In this document: piece after piece, positions 36,720 to 51,889 of the stretch
Numbering within the stretch: position 1 is the stretch's first letter
Layout of the letters: every line of letters starts with the position of its first letter
Source: Cetorhinus maximus
Lineage: Eukaryota
Assembly (NCBI RefSeq): GCF_964194155.1
Contig: NC_135901.1
Location: forward strand, 5,394,001 to 5,458,000
Reading direction: 5' to 3'
DNA: 64,000 nucleotides
Position numbers and translations under genes: made by a program
Notes under the pieces: generated by a model
Told to the model about the DNA's origin: nothing
Database searches by the model: none
What the model saw: the letters and a program-made list of their open reading frames with translations, nothing else

Positions 36720-39700
36720 TCACAGAAACACAGAATTGTAATGGCACAAAAGGAGGCCATTTGGCCCAACGTGTCTGTACGGGCTCTCCAAATGAGCATT
36801 ATGACTTAGTGCCATTCTCCGCCTTTTCCCTGTAGCCTTGCACATTGTTTCTATTCAGATAATCGCCCAATGCCTTCGAATGCCTGGATTGAGCCTGCCT
36901 CCACCATACTTCCAGGCAGTACATTCCAGACTCGAACCACTCGCTCAGTGAATTTTTTTTTTATCACATCACATTTGCTTCTTTTGTAAACTACTTTAAA
37001 TCAGTGCCCTCTTGGTCTCGATCCTTTTATGAGCAGGAACAGTTCCCCCCACCCACATTATACTCTATCCAGCCCCCTCGTGATTTTGAACATCTCTATC
37101 AAATCTCCTCTAACCTTCTCCTCTCCAAGGAGAATAGTTCCAGCCTCTCCAATCTATCTTCATAACTGAAGATTCTCATCCCTGAAACCATTCTTGTAAA
37201 CCTCGTCTTCACTCTCTCCAATGCATCACATCCTTCCTATACTGTGGCACCCAGAACTGTACACAATACTCCAGGTGAGGTCTAGCTGGTGCCTTATCTA
37301 AATTCAGCATAATCTCCTTGCTCTTGTACTCTATGCCCCATTAAAAGCCCAAAATACTGTATGCTTTATTAATGGCTCTCTTCATCTGTCCTGCCACCTT
37401 CAATGACCTATGCACGTATACACGCAGGCCCAACTGCTCCTGCATCCTCTTTAGAATTGTACCCCTTATTTTATATTGCCTCTCCATGTTCTTTCTACCA
37501 AAATATATCATCTCACACTTCTCCACATTGAACTTCATCTGCTATCTATCTGCCCGCTCCACCAACTTGCCTATGTCCTTTTGAAGTTCTTTGCTGTCTG
37601 CCTCACAGTTTACAGTGCTTCCAAGTTTATTATCATCCGCAAACTTTGAAATTGTCCCCTGCACACCAAGATCTAGATCATTAATATTGGTCACAAAAAG
37701 CAAGGGTCCCAATATCGACCTGTGGGGATCTCCAATAGAAACCTTCCTCCAGCCAGAAAAGTATCAATTGACCATTACTCTCTGTTTCCTATTACTCAGC
37801 CAATTCTGTATTCACGTTACTATTGTCCTTTTTATTCCATGAACTATAACTTTTCTCACAAGTCTGTTGTGCAGCACTATCTTGAATGCCTTTTGAAAGT
37901 CCATAAACATATCAAGAGCATTGCCCTCATCAACCTTATTGTTACCTCTTCAAAGAACTCCAGCAAGTTTGTTAAACAGGATTTCCCCTTTAGAAATACT
38001 TGCTGGCTCTTCCTAATCAACCCACATTCTTCCATGTGACAACTAATTCTATCCTGAGTAATTTTCTCTGGAAGCTTCCCCACCAACGAAGTTAAACTGA
38101 TTGGTCTGTAAATGTTGGGCTTATCCTTACCCTTTTTGAGCAAGGGCGTAATGTTTGCAATTCTCCAGTCCTCTGGCACCTCCCCGAGTCAAAGGAAGAC
38201 TGAACGATTATGGCCAGTGCCCTTGTGATTTCCACTCTCACTTCTTCCAATATCCTTGGATGCATCTCATCCAGTCCCCGTGCCTTGTCAACTTTAAGTA
38301 CCAGCAGTTCAACCAACACTTCCCCCTTATCAATTTTGTATCCTTTTATGTACCTATAGAAAACTTTGGCATTCCCCTTTATGTTGCCTCCAGCTTTTTT
38401 CTCATGACCCCTCTTTGCTTCTCTTATTTGCATTTTCACCTCCCTTCTGAACCTTCTGTAGTCTGATTGGTTCCCAATTGTATTTTCTATCTGACACCTG
38501 TCATTGGCACACTTTTTCTCCTTTATCTTAACTTCTATCTCATTTTTCATCCAGGGAGCTCTGGATTTATTTGCCCGACCTTTCCTTTTTGAGGGAATAT
38601 ACCTCGAACCATTTCTTCTTTGAAGGTAGCCCATTGTTCAGCTACCTCTTCCCACCAACTTTTGGTTCCAGCCTATCGGGCCCAGTTCTGTTCTTGCTCT
38701 ATTGAAGTCGGCCCTCCCCCAGTTAACTATTCTTACTCTTGATTGCACATTGTCCTTTTCTACCATCATCCTAAACCTTATGATAGAATGATCATTGTCT
38801 CCTGAATATTCCCCCACTGACACCTGATATACTTGGCTCACATCTTTTCCAAGAACCAGGACTAGCAGTGCTTCCTTTCTTGTTGGACTGGACACATGCT
38901 GTAGAAAATTTGCTTGAACAAACCCTAGGAACTCTTGCCCCTCTCTACTCTTTACACTACCACTACCTCAGTCTATATTCAGGAAATTAAAGTCCGCCAT
39001 TATAACTACTCTATAATGTTTGCCCTTATCTGCTATTTCCCTGCAGATTTGTTCCTCTACATCCTTCCCACTAGTTGGTGGTCTATAGACTACACTGAGA
39101 AATGTAATTGCACCCAATTTGTTACTTAGCTCTAGCCAAATTGATTCTGTCCTTGAACCCTCTGGGACATCCTCTTTCGCCAGCACTGCAATGCTTCCCT
39201 TAATCAATACAGCCACCCTCCTGCTTTTCTTCCTGCCCTATCTTTCCTGAACACGTTGTACCCAGGAATATTTAACACCCAGTCCTGCCCTTTCCTGAGC
39301 CAGCTGTCTGTCATCGCCACAATGAAACATTGCAATCTGCGCCTGTAACTCAGCAATCTTATCTACTATACTCTGTGCATTCACATACATATAGTGTAAT
39401 CCTGATTTTGAGTGCATTACTTTCTCCCTCACTCCCTATTTGCTATTCTAGTGTTATCTGTCTCTCCCAGTATTTTGTGCACCTTGGTATTACTCTCTAA
39501 TATTCTCTCCTGGTTCCCACGCCCCTGCTGAATTAGTTTGAAGCGCCTCCCTCCCCCCCCCCCCCCCCCCCCCCAAAACAGGACAAGCAAACACACCTCA
39601 AGGAGCTCAGTCCTGGCTCTGTCCAGCTGCAAACCTTCCGGCTTGGACAGGTGCCATCTTCCCTCAGAGCCAGTCCCAGTGTCCCAGGAATCTAAAGCCC

Positions 39701-40075
39701 TCCCTCCTGCAACATCTTTCCAGCCACACATTCATCTGCCTTATCCTCCTATTTCTATACTCACTTGCACATGGCACTGGAAGTAATATGGAGAATAATA
39801 CATTTGAGGTCCTGCTTGCTAATTTTCTACCTAGCTCCCTAAATTCTGTCCGCAGGACAAAATCCCTCTTCCTACTTAAGTCATTGGTACCAACGCGGAC
39901 CACGACCTCTAGCTGTTCACCCTCCCCCAGGAGATTAGCCTGCACCCACTAGGTGACATCCTTGACCTTGGCACCAGGAAGGTAACATACCATCCTGGAG
40001 TCATGTCGACGGCCGCAGAAACACCTCTCTGTTCCCTTAACTAACGAATCCCCTATCACTATTGCTCTTCCTTTC
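36720..40075 (-). mobile_element. Long decayed CR1 LINE: ORF1 SGNH esterase, APE endonuclease, RT, 3' end
   Basis: AIVIGDSLV, VRVGTNDL, YVNAQSI, VYRPP, ADFN, WRIANITPL, CLTNLLEFFEEVT. Confidence 0.9.
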
Positions 40076-40084
40076 TTCTTCTTC

Positions 40085-40740
40085 CACTTCTCTTGTAGCT
40101 GGTAGATGGAGAAGATCATGTCCACTGTAGAACTATCAGCAAGAAACACCATAGACTCGGTCTGCAAAAAGATAAAGTCTTTAAAACATGACCCAGTGAA
40201 GGTCTTCCTAGTGACGCTAAGGAGTGAGATGGCCCTGTAGTCACAATCTCTTCTGTCACCTTTGTTTTTGGTTATTGGTATGATTTTTGTGTCACGCATG
40301 TGGAATGGTTCCTACCTCCCAACAGAGAAGGAGGTGCAAACAATAGATGGGACTTTCCGTGCTTGAGCAGTTCAGTTGGAATTCCATTAAGCCGGGTGAC
40401 TTTCTGTTTGCTGAACAATCAATGGTCTTTTCAAGCTCGAGTGATGAGGGTTCCTTGTCCAACTAACCATGACAGGAAGTTACTGGAGAGTCAAACAGAG
40501 TCTGGGAGATGTCCATCTCATGGGTGTACAGATCACAGTAATGTTCAACCCAGCGGGACATCTGATTACTTCTGTTGGTGAGCACTTCACCATAAGATTT
40601 CAGTGGGAGTCAACTTTGGTGATGGTTGAACCAAGTGCCCTGTTCATCCAATTACACAATGCACATAGATTTCCTTCGTCGCAGGTTGGTTGAATTTCTT
40701 GACGCAGGTCGATCCAGTGTTTATTTGCTGTTATGACTAA
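40085..40740 (-). mobile_element. RTE-clade LINE fragment
   Basis: KNKGDRRDCDYRAISLLS, STVDMIFSIYQLQEK. Confidence 0.75.
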
Positions 40741-41199
40741 TGCAGTTGGTGAAGTATAGTTATTTAAAAATCCCAGAGGGAAACTTTAAACAACTGTCAT
40801 AACCTATAATTTTGAGTGTTATGTTTGAGGTGCGGCCTTAAATTCAGGAATCAGACCATCAGTTCTCGAGGTTTTGTATTAAACTAATTGAAACATTTAT
40901 TAATTTATACAGGTTAAAACATATACACATGGCTACAAATTACTACTGTTATAGTTTTTAACAAATTCCAAAACTAGTCCCAATTAAGGCAACAGCAACC
41001 CATAGACTTAACCAAACACCAGCAAAAATGAAAAACATTGAGAGCTCTATTGCCACCCTTGTGAACAGCTCCAGTGAGAGATAGTATACAATGCAGGACA
41101 ATATCCTTGGATAATTGCAGCCACTACTTTCCTCCTGATATTACAGATGATGTTAATTTTCCTTATATTGATGTTCTGCTTGATGGAGATAATTCTTAG

Positions 41200-41785
41200 A
41201 TAGGTTCCAAAGACCCACAACCCTCTGAGGAAAAAAAATTCTCCTCATCTCTGTTTTAACATTCTATTAGCTTTCCTAATTAACTGCTGTAGCTGCATAC
41301 TAAGCTTTTGTGATTCATGCACTGGGAAATCAGATCCCGCTGAATTTTAGAGCTGCTCAATCTCTCACCATTTAGATAATATGCTTTTTTTATTCTTCCT
41401 GCCAAAACGAACGATTTCACATTTGCCCATGTCATACTCCATTTGCCAGATCTTTGCCCACTCACTTAACCCATCAATGTCCATTGTTGCCTTCTTACAT
41501 CCTCTTCACAATTTCCTTTCCTACCTATCTTTGTGTCACCAGCAAATTTAGCAACCGTTCCTATGGTCCCTTCATCCAAGTCATTTATATAACTTGTAAA
41601 AAGTTGAGGCCCCAGCACTGATCCCTGTGGCACACCAGTTGTCACATCCTGCCAACCGGAAAAAGACCCATTTATGCCAACTCTCTGCTTCCAGTTAGCT
41701 AGCCAATCTTCTATCCATACCAATATGTTACCCCCTGAACCATGAGCTTTTATTTACTGCATTAACCTTTGATGTGGCACTTCAT
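41200..41785 (-). mobile_element. CR1 LINE RT fragment
   Basis: GVPQGSVLGPQLFTSYINDL..KFAGDTK. Confidence 0.88.
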
Positions 41786-42239
41786 CACTGATCCAAACCT
41801 GCCCACCTAATCACTATCCAAGTTCCAGATTTTAAAATAACATTTCAAGATAGAAAACGTACATCATTTAGCCCTTTAAACCTGATTCAGCACAATATAC
41901 TACAAGACATTGTCTTTGAGATCAGTATTTTCTTTATAGTCTGTGTTGTTCCGAATGATAACAGTATTAAACTTCTCTCTAACCTGTCCTAACCCTTCTG
42001 GCGGTTCATTTATTGAAACCAAGGACTCGCCTTGTTCTAATGGCGACATTCACTGTCTGCCCTGCGATGCCTTGAAGTCAGGCCTTAAATTGTTTGTGCA
42101 TTGTTTCAACATGTTGCACATGTCACTTAAATATGTTGAAATGTTTGCTGCACACCCACAGGGTTTCATCTGTTTTACGCCACAAACAGAAAGGTCCGGT
42201 TCTCCTGGAGTTTGAGACAAATCAGCTTTCAAAATGATG

Positions 42240-42750
42240 CAGAGTTTCAGCCAATGAGGGAGATCCGGGCTCAGCCCCGCCCTTCATTCACTCCGATTGG
42301 TTGGAGCAGCAGCTGCGCCCTCTCGGACATCCAAATCTGCCCCTCTTCCTATTGGTCCGGAACTGCCGTCAATCAGCCGGGCAGAGTGAGCTGGAGCATG
42401 CGCAGTGTGGCAGACGAAGCTGGCCAACAGCGCGCAGGCGCAATGTCGAGAAGCGTGGAGCATGCGCAGTGCGATTGATGGCCTTTCCGGGAGAGGCGCC
42501 TTTTTGTCCTGGAGAAGCGGAGTCAGAGCGAGGCGGTGGGTGGGAGAAACACTTTGTGGATCCGCAAACCCTGAGGAATAATTGTCAGCTCCTGGTTTGC
42601 AGTTGCGGGGCTTCTCCCTCCCGGGAACAGGCCCAGGTTAACGGCCGCCATCCTGGGTCAGCGAGTGGAGGATGGTTCACATCAGAGGATGGGGGAGGGG
42701 GACAATAAATAAGAGGTTACACTTTGGGCTCAAATCAATGAGGATCTGAT
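42240..42750 (+). promoter_or_regulatory. CpG-rich promoter/first exon of ZNF unit (CCAAT boxes, NRF1 sites)
   Basis: agccaatga, gattgg, tattgg, gcatgcgcag x2; 42555-42750 near-identical to 47352-47550. Confidence 0.7.
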
Positions 42751-43104
42751 CTGTGGGAAGGAAGGAAACACTGGGAGGTGGGCGGGGAGGATTCAGAAAC
42801 ACCCGCTGGACGCCGCAAATCCCCAATAAGACTCATTGATTTTATTGTCAGTCTGCAGACAGGAGCTGGAGAACTGAACCCAGGCAGAGGAGAGGGAGGG
42901 AGAAAACTGGGAGTGGAGGAAAGAAATGGTGGAGATGGTGAGATGGGTTTGGATTTCAGCCCAGGGAGGAGGGAGAGTGTGTGGGACGGGGATTTACAGC
43001 TTTGGGGAAACAAGAGGAAGAAATAGTCCATAGAAACTAGAATTGCCTGTTCTGAATTTCTATGCTGTGCTGACAGTTAAGAGTTTTGTAAACTCCTTTT
43101 GCAG

Positions 43105-44144
43105 GATATTAGAAGGGGAAGATTTACAGAGGGAAGCTCAAATCAAACTTCATATCAAGATTTAAAACCGTCACTCGATTCATCAGGACCTGAATATCAT
43201 CGGCAATTGAATGTGGAAGGAGAAATACATGTCTGTTTTGTCTGTGGGAAAAGATTTCAAACATCAGTGTGACCGGTAAAACACTGAGGCACACACACAA
43301 TCGAGTGAGAGTGTTCAGTGCACTGATGGTGGAAAGGGCTTTCACCAGCTACATAGCCTGAAAAAACATCACACCATTCACAGTGGGGAGAAACCATACA
43401 CGTGGTCTGTGTGTGGACAAGGCTTTAACTGATTATCCAACCTGGAGAGACATAAGGACTCCGGCACCATGGAAAAACCATGGAAATGTGAGGATTGTGG
43501 TAAAGGATTCAATTATCCATCTCAGCTGGAAATCCATCGACGCATTCACATTGGGGAGAAGCCATTCACCTGTTCCGTGTGTGGGAAGGGATTCACTCAG
43601 ACAACCAAACTCATGTCACACCAGCGAATTCACACTGAGGCGAGGCCGTTCACCTGCCCTGTATGTGGGAAGGGATTTACTCAGACATCCTGTCTTATGT
43701 TACACCAGCGACTTCACACTGGGCAGAAGCCATTCACTTGCTCTGTGGGTGGAAAGGGAGTTCACTCATTCATCCGGCCTTAGGTCACACCACCGAGTTC
43801 ACTCTGAGGAGAAGCCATTCAGCTGTACTTCCTGTGGAAAGAGTTTCAGGCATTCATCGGCCCTCGCTGAACACCAGCGAGTTCACACTGGGGAGAGGCC
43901 ATTCACCTGCTCTGTTTGTGGGCAGGGATTTACTCAGTCATCCAGTCTGCTGAGACACCAGCGAGTTCATACTGGGGAGAAGCCGTTTAGCTGCACTTCT
44001 TGTGGAAAGAGTTTCAGGCAGTCATCCACCCTCATTGCACACCAGCGAGTTCACACTGGAGAGAAACCATTCACCTGCTCCGTGTGTGGGAAGAGATTCA
44101 CTCGGTCCTTCAACCTAGTGACACATGAGCGAGTTCATAAGTGA
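43105..44144 (+). pseudogene. C2H2 zinc-finger exon; MEKPWKC ORF from 43469 frameshifted at ~43750
   Basis: ttttgcag acceptor; ~8 fingers split over two frames, ends HK-stop. Confidence 0.85.
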
Positions 44145-44329
44145 CTGCAGGGGTTGGATTCTGCTGTTATCACTGCTGTTAAGCATGTTCAGGATTGATA
44201 GTCTGACAATGTCAAGTTTGTTTCTGCTGATGTTAACAACCCTTATAACTGGCTGGAGTTTAATATTCTGGAGATGTCACTGATACTCGGGGCTGCAGTG
44301 TCCCTTTTTAAAAGCACCATGTGTGATCA

Positions 44330-45255
44330 TTCCCCTTAATTCATGAACTCTGCTGGAAGGTCGGATCCGTTCCACAGGACGTGCATGACACAAAAATAAT
44401 CACAATTTACAAAAACAAAGGGGACAGAGGAGATTGCAACAAAAACTTTGTCCACGAAAGCTCCTCCATCTCATCCACTCCTTTTATGACAACATACCCT
44501 GTACTATACAGTTTGACGGCTCCACTTCTGACAGTTTCAGTGTGAAGAATGGAGTGAAACAGGGCTGTGTCCGAGTCCCCAGTTTGTTTGGCATTTTCTT
44601 TTCCATGTTCCTGACCTTGGCCTTCCCTGCAGATATGGAAGGAGTTTCCCTGAATACTCGGTCAGACGGCAAACTCCACAATCTGTCCAGACTGAAAGTG
44701 AAGACAAAGTACAGCCTGTCTCGATCAGAGACCTCCTCTACACTGATGATGTCATGCTTGTGACTCACACAGAAACTCAGCTACAAAGACTCATGGACTG
44801 TCTCTCCCATGTCTGTAACTTGTTCTCCCTTACCGTAAACATCAAGAAAACTGTTTTGGGGACTCGGTGTCCATCCTTGATCACACTAAATAACACCCAG
44901 CTGGAAGTGGCCAGTGAAATCTGTGACTTTGGGTCCACAATGACAGACAATCTGTTTCTTGATGCAGAACTCGATACATGCATAGGGAAAGTAGCTCCAC
45001 GTTTGGCCGACTCACATCAAGCTGTCTCTCAGCACCAAGATGCTGGTTTATGAGGCCTATGTCCTCAGTATCTTGTTGTCTGGCTGTGAAACCTGGATGA
45101 TTTATAGCGATCAGGAAAGGAAGCTCAACAACTTTCACCTTCACTGTTTGCAGCACATTTTGGGCGTCTCAGGGACAGAATCAGGAATGTGGCAGTCCTC
45201 TCAAAGACAAATCTCCCAAATACGTTGGCTCTCATCAAGCAGAGGTGACTTCACT
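44330..45255 (+). mobile_element. RTE-clade LINE fragment
   Basis: GVKQGCVRVPSLF, LQRLMD, VLSILLSGCETW. Confidence 0.8.
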
Positions 45256-45355
45256 GGCTCTGAAGAAGAGTCGTACGGACTTGAAACATTAACTCTGTTT
45301 CTCTCTCCACAGATGCTATCAGACCAGCTGGGTTTTTCCAGAATTTTCTGTTTCT
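45255..45355 (+). mobile_element. Penelope-terminus fragment with hammerhead motif
   Basis: CTGAAGAAGAGTCGTACGGACTTGAAACATTAACTC. Confidence 0.7.
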
Positions 45356-45703
45356 ACCCCAAAAGAGGCTTCTGGCCTCCATTCCATGGTCTTGTCCGTG
45401 TCTGGGTGGCCCTGGAGAGGGAGCATGTGGTGTCCATCCGGACGATTGATACCATCCACCACCGATGGGTACCTCAGGGTACACAGTGTCTCAGAGACAC
45501 TTGAAACAACATTCTGGTTTAGTTAGGAAGGTTCTCTTCACTCTAGTTGGGGCTTTGATGCTGATTTTGGGCTCTTTTATTTCAATTGGACAACATGTTT
45601 GAGAGAACAAGAGAAGAAAGTCTGTCTCGTAGAAACTAGAATTTTCTGTTCTGAATTTCTATCCTGGACTGACAGTGATAACTTTTGTAAACTCTGTTTA
45701 CAG

Positions 45704-46614
<911 letters not shown>

Positions 46615-47139
46615 CTGCAGAGGTTGGATTATGCTGTTAATCACATCCTTTGTTTCTGTTGCTGTTGGTAACCCTTGTAACTGGGCTGGAGTTTAATATT
46701 CTGGATATCTGTCAATGAGTTTACATGAAAGCAGACAGCACTGCTATAAGAAGATAAGGGCTAGGAGCAGAATTAGACCAGTTGACCTGTCACGCCTGCT
46801 CCGCCATTCAACACGATCATGGCTGATTTCAGCCTCAATTCCAATTTCCTGCCTGTTCCCCATGATCCTCAATTCCCTGAGAGACCAAAGTTCTGTCTCA
46901 GTCTAAATCTCAGTCTTCAACATCTTCAACGATGGAAACTGAAAATAAAACTTTACAGGACAGAAGGAGTCCATATGGCCCATCATGTCTGCGCCAGCCC
47001 AATCCCACTATTCAGTTCTTTGTCTGTAACCTTGCAGGTTACAGCACGTCAAGTTCCTAACTTTATTGATTGGCGCTACGGTCAGTCTCCACCTCATTCC
47101 TGCAAAATAATCACGGGAACCTGAATTGTGAATCACAAT

Positions 47140-47550
47140 GGTGGGGCCTTTACCCAGCATCGCCCGCGGTAGAGAATGTCCTCTATCCACACCACAGGAG
47201 ACCAGTGCGCATGTGCATTGCCCCGCCCTCCAGTGTTTGGAGCATGCGCAGTGTCAGTCGTGACCATGGAGAGCCACTTGTTTGTTGCTTCTGCAGCTGG
47301 TCGAGGGAGCGATGAAGTCGGCGGCTGGACGGGGAGGATTTGCAATTAGTTTGTGGATCCGCAAACCCTGAGGAATAATTATCAGCTCCTGGTTTGCAGC
47401 TGCGGGGCTTCTCCCTCCCGGGAACAGGCCCGGGTTAACGGCTGCCATCCTGGGTCAGCGAGTGGAGGATGGTTCACGTCAGAGGATGGGGGAGGGGGGA
47501 CAATAAATAAGAGGTTACACTTTGGGCTCAAATTGATGGGACTCTGATCT
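47140..47550 (+). promoter_or_regulatory. CpG-rich promoter/first exon of ZNF unit
   Basis: ZNF143-like 47151-47168, NRF1-like gcgcatgtgc and gcatgcgcag, GC box ccccgccc. Confidence 0.7.
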
Positions 47551-48751
47551 CTCTTTGGGAAACTGAACAAATGGCTTCTTGTAAAAGCTCAGGGTTACAT
47601 TGGGCAGGAAGAGAACCAGAAACCAAAATGAGACAAGAGACTGAGTTTAACTTAGTTAAAGAGGGAGAGAAAGAAGGAAGGAAAGCCTGGGAGGTGTGGA
47701 GAAACCACCTTCACGATTGCTTATTAAATCTCCACACACTAATTTCTAGACACAAGGTTAACGTGGTCGGTCAGGGTGATTCAGATTAATAGATAATTGG
47801 TTTGGTTCGATAGATAATTGGTTTATGGAAAAGTCATCACGGTGGCAGGTACTGAATTGTGATGATAGAACCATTGAACACTACAGTACAGAAAAACAGG
47901 CCATTCGGCCCTTCTAGTCTGTGCCGAAATATTATTCCGCTAGTCCCATTGACCTGCACCCAGTCCATAACCCTCCAGACCTCTCCCATCCATGTATCTA
48001 TCCAATGATGATACAAATAAAACAAGTAATCATCATTCATGACGTAATTATAGGCGATATTAAAATAAAGTGAAAATATTAATCAGTTAAAGGATTGCAC
48101 AATTATGATCATTTCAGCATAAAGTCATTACAATATGTTACAAAATGCAGGACTCCTTAATTTATAGAATATAAATGAAAGGTCCACTGCACTCTGCGTT
48201 TTCTATTAAAGTCCTTCGATCATATGTTGTCAGCTTGAGTTCATTAGGCTCTCAATCATTTACATCCTATTTATGAGTTTTATACAGTGGGAGATCGGGC
48301 TGTCTTGTAGTGTATTTGTCCCATAGCTTATTTGCAGATGGTATCTTTTCTCCTGAACTCCATTATACATTTACTTCCGTGTGGTTGGGCAGTGCCTTTG
48401 AGAGGTGGGATTCTGGAGTTTTCTGCTGAAGTCCAGACAGAGTTTTTCCCACATTTCAGCAAGGGAACACACATTCAGACGTTTGATTGTGTAATGTTTT
48501 GTCACGAGTCATGACTGAAGTGAATTATCGAACATTTTGCTATCTCTGTAGGATTTGTTGAAAGGATACAGAAAGAATTAATTATCCAACACTTTATTTG
48601 GATTTTAGCCCAGGGAGGAGGGAGTGTGTGTGGGATGGGGATTTACAGCTTTGGGGGAATGAGAAGAAAAATGTTCCATAGGAACTAGAATTGTCTGTTT
48701 TGAATTTCTGTCCTGGACTATCAGTGATGTTTATTGTAATCTCTTTTTATA

Positions 48752-50203
48752 GGGCTTTAGAAGGGGAAGATTTGCAGATCGGTAACTCAAACCAAAAATC
48801 ACATCAAGATCTGACAGAATGACTCAGTTCATCCAGACCTGAATATTATTGGCTTTTGAATGTGGAAGGAGAAATGTTTGTCTGTTCTGACTGTGGGGAA
48901 AGATTTCAAACAACAAGAAAAAGCACCGAGACACACACAGACCTGAATGAGAGCGTTCCAGTGCACTGATTGTGGAATGAGCTTTAACCAGTTACACAGC
49001 CTGAAAACAAACAGAACCATTTGCAGTGTGGAGAAACCATACATATGTTCTGTGTGTGAACGAGGCTTCAACTGATTGACCAACCTGGAAAGACTTAAGG
49101 ACACAGACACCATGGAGAAACCATGGAAATGTGGGGACTGCGGGAAGGGATTCAATTACCCATCCCAGCTGGAGATTCATCGACCCAGTCACACCAGGGA
49201 GAGGCCATTCACCTGCTCGGTGTGTGGGGAGGAATTTACATTATCATCCAGCTTACATATATACCAGAGAACTCACACCGGGGAGAAGCCGTTAACCTGC
49301 TCCGTGTGTGGGAAGAGATTCAATTTTCTGTCCCAGCTGCTGAGACACCAGCTCCTTCACATTGATGAGAGGCTGTTTAACTGCTCTGATTGTGAGAAGA
49401 GCTTTAAAAGATGAGAGGACCTGGTCAAGCACCAGTTTGTTCACACTGAGAGACGGTTCAGTTGCTCTCACTGCGGGAAAGTGTTCAGACAATCAGTGAA
49501 CCTCATAAAACACCAACAAGTTCACACCAGGGAGAGGGCACTCACCTGCTCCGTGTGTGGGAAGGGATTCACTCAACTCTCTCACCTCAGCTCACATCAA
49601 CTTGTTCACACTGATAACAGACCTTTCCAATGTTCAGAATATGAGAAGACCTTTAAAACTGCAGGTGATCTTCTGAGACACCAGCGAATTCACACTGAGG
49701 AGAGGCCATTCCCCTGCTCTGTGTGTGCAAAGGGATTTATTTGTTTGACCAACCTCAAGTTGCACCAGCGAGTTCACTCTGATTGGACACCTTTCCAATG
49801 TTCTGACTGTGAGAAGAGCTTTAAAACTATAAGGGATCTTCTGATGCACCAGCGCATTCACACAGGGGAGAGGCCATTCACCTGTTCCATATGTGGGAAG
49901 GGATTCACCCGTTCATCCCACCTACTGACACACCAGCAGGTTCACACTGGGGAGCGGCCATTCACCTGCTCCGTGTGTGGGAAGGGATTCACTTGTCTAG
50001 CTCACCTCAATTCACATCAACTTGTTCACACTGATAACAGACCTTTCAAATGTTCTGAATGTGAGAAGACTTTTAAAGCCACAGGTGTTCTGCTGAGACA
50101 CCAGCGAGTTCACACTGAGGAGAGGCTGTTCACCTGCTCTGTGTGTGGGAAAGGATTCACTCATTCATCTCACTTAATGAGACACCAGCGAGTTCACAAT
50201 TGA
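48752..50203 (+). pseudogene. C2H2 zinc-finger gene with in-frame stop at ~49412, ~13 fingers
   Basis: MEKPWKC ORF ends KSFKR*; fingers continue in the same frame to HN-stop. Confidence 0.82.
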
Positions 50204-50803
50204 ATGGAGGGGTTGTATTCTGCTGTTATTGTTGCTGTTAAGCACCTCCAGGACTAAATCAGGTTCATTCTGACATATGGGCTGATGTTAATAATGTTTC
50301 AGAAGGGACTCCTTAAGAAGGACTATCTCCTGCATGCATTGCTCTCAAGAATCAATACCCACCACCAGAAATAGTGATATACATTAGGCTGTATGACACA
50401 TCTTACATCCTTACCAATGTTGGTAATAAAATCTGAATAGTTGGGTGGACGCAGATGGGAAAAGGATTATGAAACAGGATATTGAAGAAAAGTACGAGCT
50501 AAACCAGAAGGGAGAAATAACTATGGGATTGGCTGAATACTGTGGAAATAAAACTGGGAAACAAGAAACACTGGTTATTAAGATTGGTGGAGTAAATCTG
50601 TCTGGGAGACAATCAGCATTAAGACATCTGATTCAATAAATGTGTGTCATAACAAATAAGAAAAAATAGCAATTCCCATTAGCAGATCTACCAAGGTAGA
50701 GATCAAACTGAGCCAGAGGATCTGCTTTCATAACCGTAGGGATGTTATAATATTACATTACAATGTAATGAACCATTTAGCAGAGCCACTGATTGATGTT
50801 GGT

Positions 50804-51187
50804 AAAATGTCTGCAATGGCTCTCCAGCGCGCAGTGAAAATGACGAAGGGAACATTGTCATTTGGTAAACGGCGGAACAAGACCCACACTCTTTGCCGGC
50901 ACTTTGGGGCTAAAGCATTTCACCTGCAGAAATCGACCTGCGGTAAACGTGCCTACCCTGCGAAGAGAAAGAGGAAGTATAACTGGAGTGCTGAGGCCAA
51001 AAGAACTGGTACAGGCCACATGAGGTGCCTGAAGGTGGTGTATCACCGATTCAGGAATGGATTCCGCGAAGGGACCACCTGGAAGCCCAGACGTTCCACA
51101 ATGGCTTCCTCCAGCACTGTATAAACTATCAGTGTATCTACGCAACAAATAAAGCTATGGTTCGGAAAGTTTAAAAAAATGTCTGCA
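50804..51187 (+). pseudogene. RPL37: RPL37 processed pseudogene (CDS 50840-51124)
   Basis: [38 protein letters not shown]; intronless, AATAAA, A-tail, TSD aaaatgtctgca; two Zn-ligand Cys lost. Confidence 0.95.
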
Positions 51188-51889
51188 TTCCCATTTTTAT
51201 TGTATGGAAATTATAACAGTGTGTTTGGAAACAAATTGGAGACACAAGCACAAACTTAAGATGGGTACTGTTAATGCTCATGTGAGGAAATTCAGGACGT
51301 TTTATTACAATAAATGTGTTATAGAAATGCACATTGTTGTTGTTGACTGTGAAGAATGAGTCGGTTGGCCGTCTGAGCTGGAAACTCATGGATACCATCA
51401 CACCAGCAGTACGATATTCTCCAGCTGATTGTGGAAATTGAGTCACTTGGTCATCCTATTTACTGACACAGCAGCACAGTCACTCTGGAGAGAGACCATT
51501 CAGATAATTCATGTTTGAAAAAGGATTTACTCAGCTTTCCCACCAACTTTGAAAGTTCAAACAGAATTTGATGCATGATCAGCACATTCAAGCCAGAGAG
51601 AGTTCAGTGTGTGAGCAGTAATTCACTTCCTTTTTCCAGCAGCTGGGATACCAGTGAGTTCACGTGTGACTGTAGGGGTTGGATTCTGCCGTTATTGCTG
51701 TTGTTTTGGGGACTCTCAATTCTCCACCAATTCCCATTCCCCTTCTTTCTGATGGATAATGAAGGGTCCATGCAGATGGGTTTAAGTACAGCTTGTTTCA
51801 CAACTTTAATATTGAACCGTACGGCCCCAGTTTCCACCCAATAACAGCAAAACAAATCAGGCTAGAATAAGTTGAACTGTCAATGGCGG

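Noticed and set aside
50768-51124. Functional RPL37 gene
   Set aside because: Intronless with TSD and A-tail, lost Zn-binding cysteines and a short deletion
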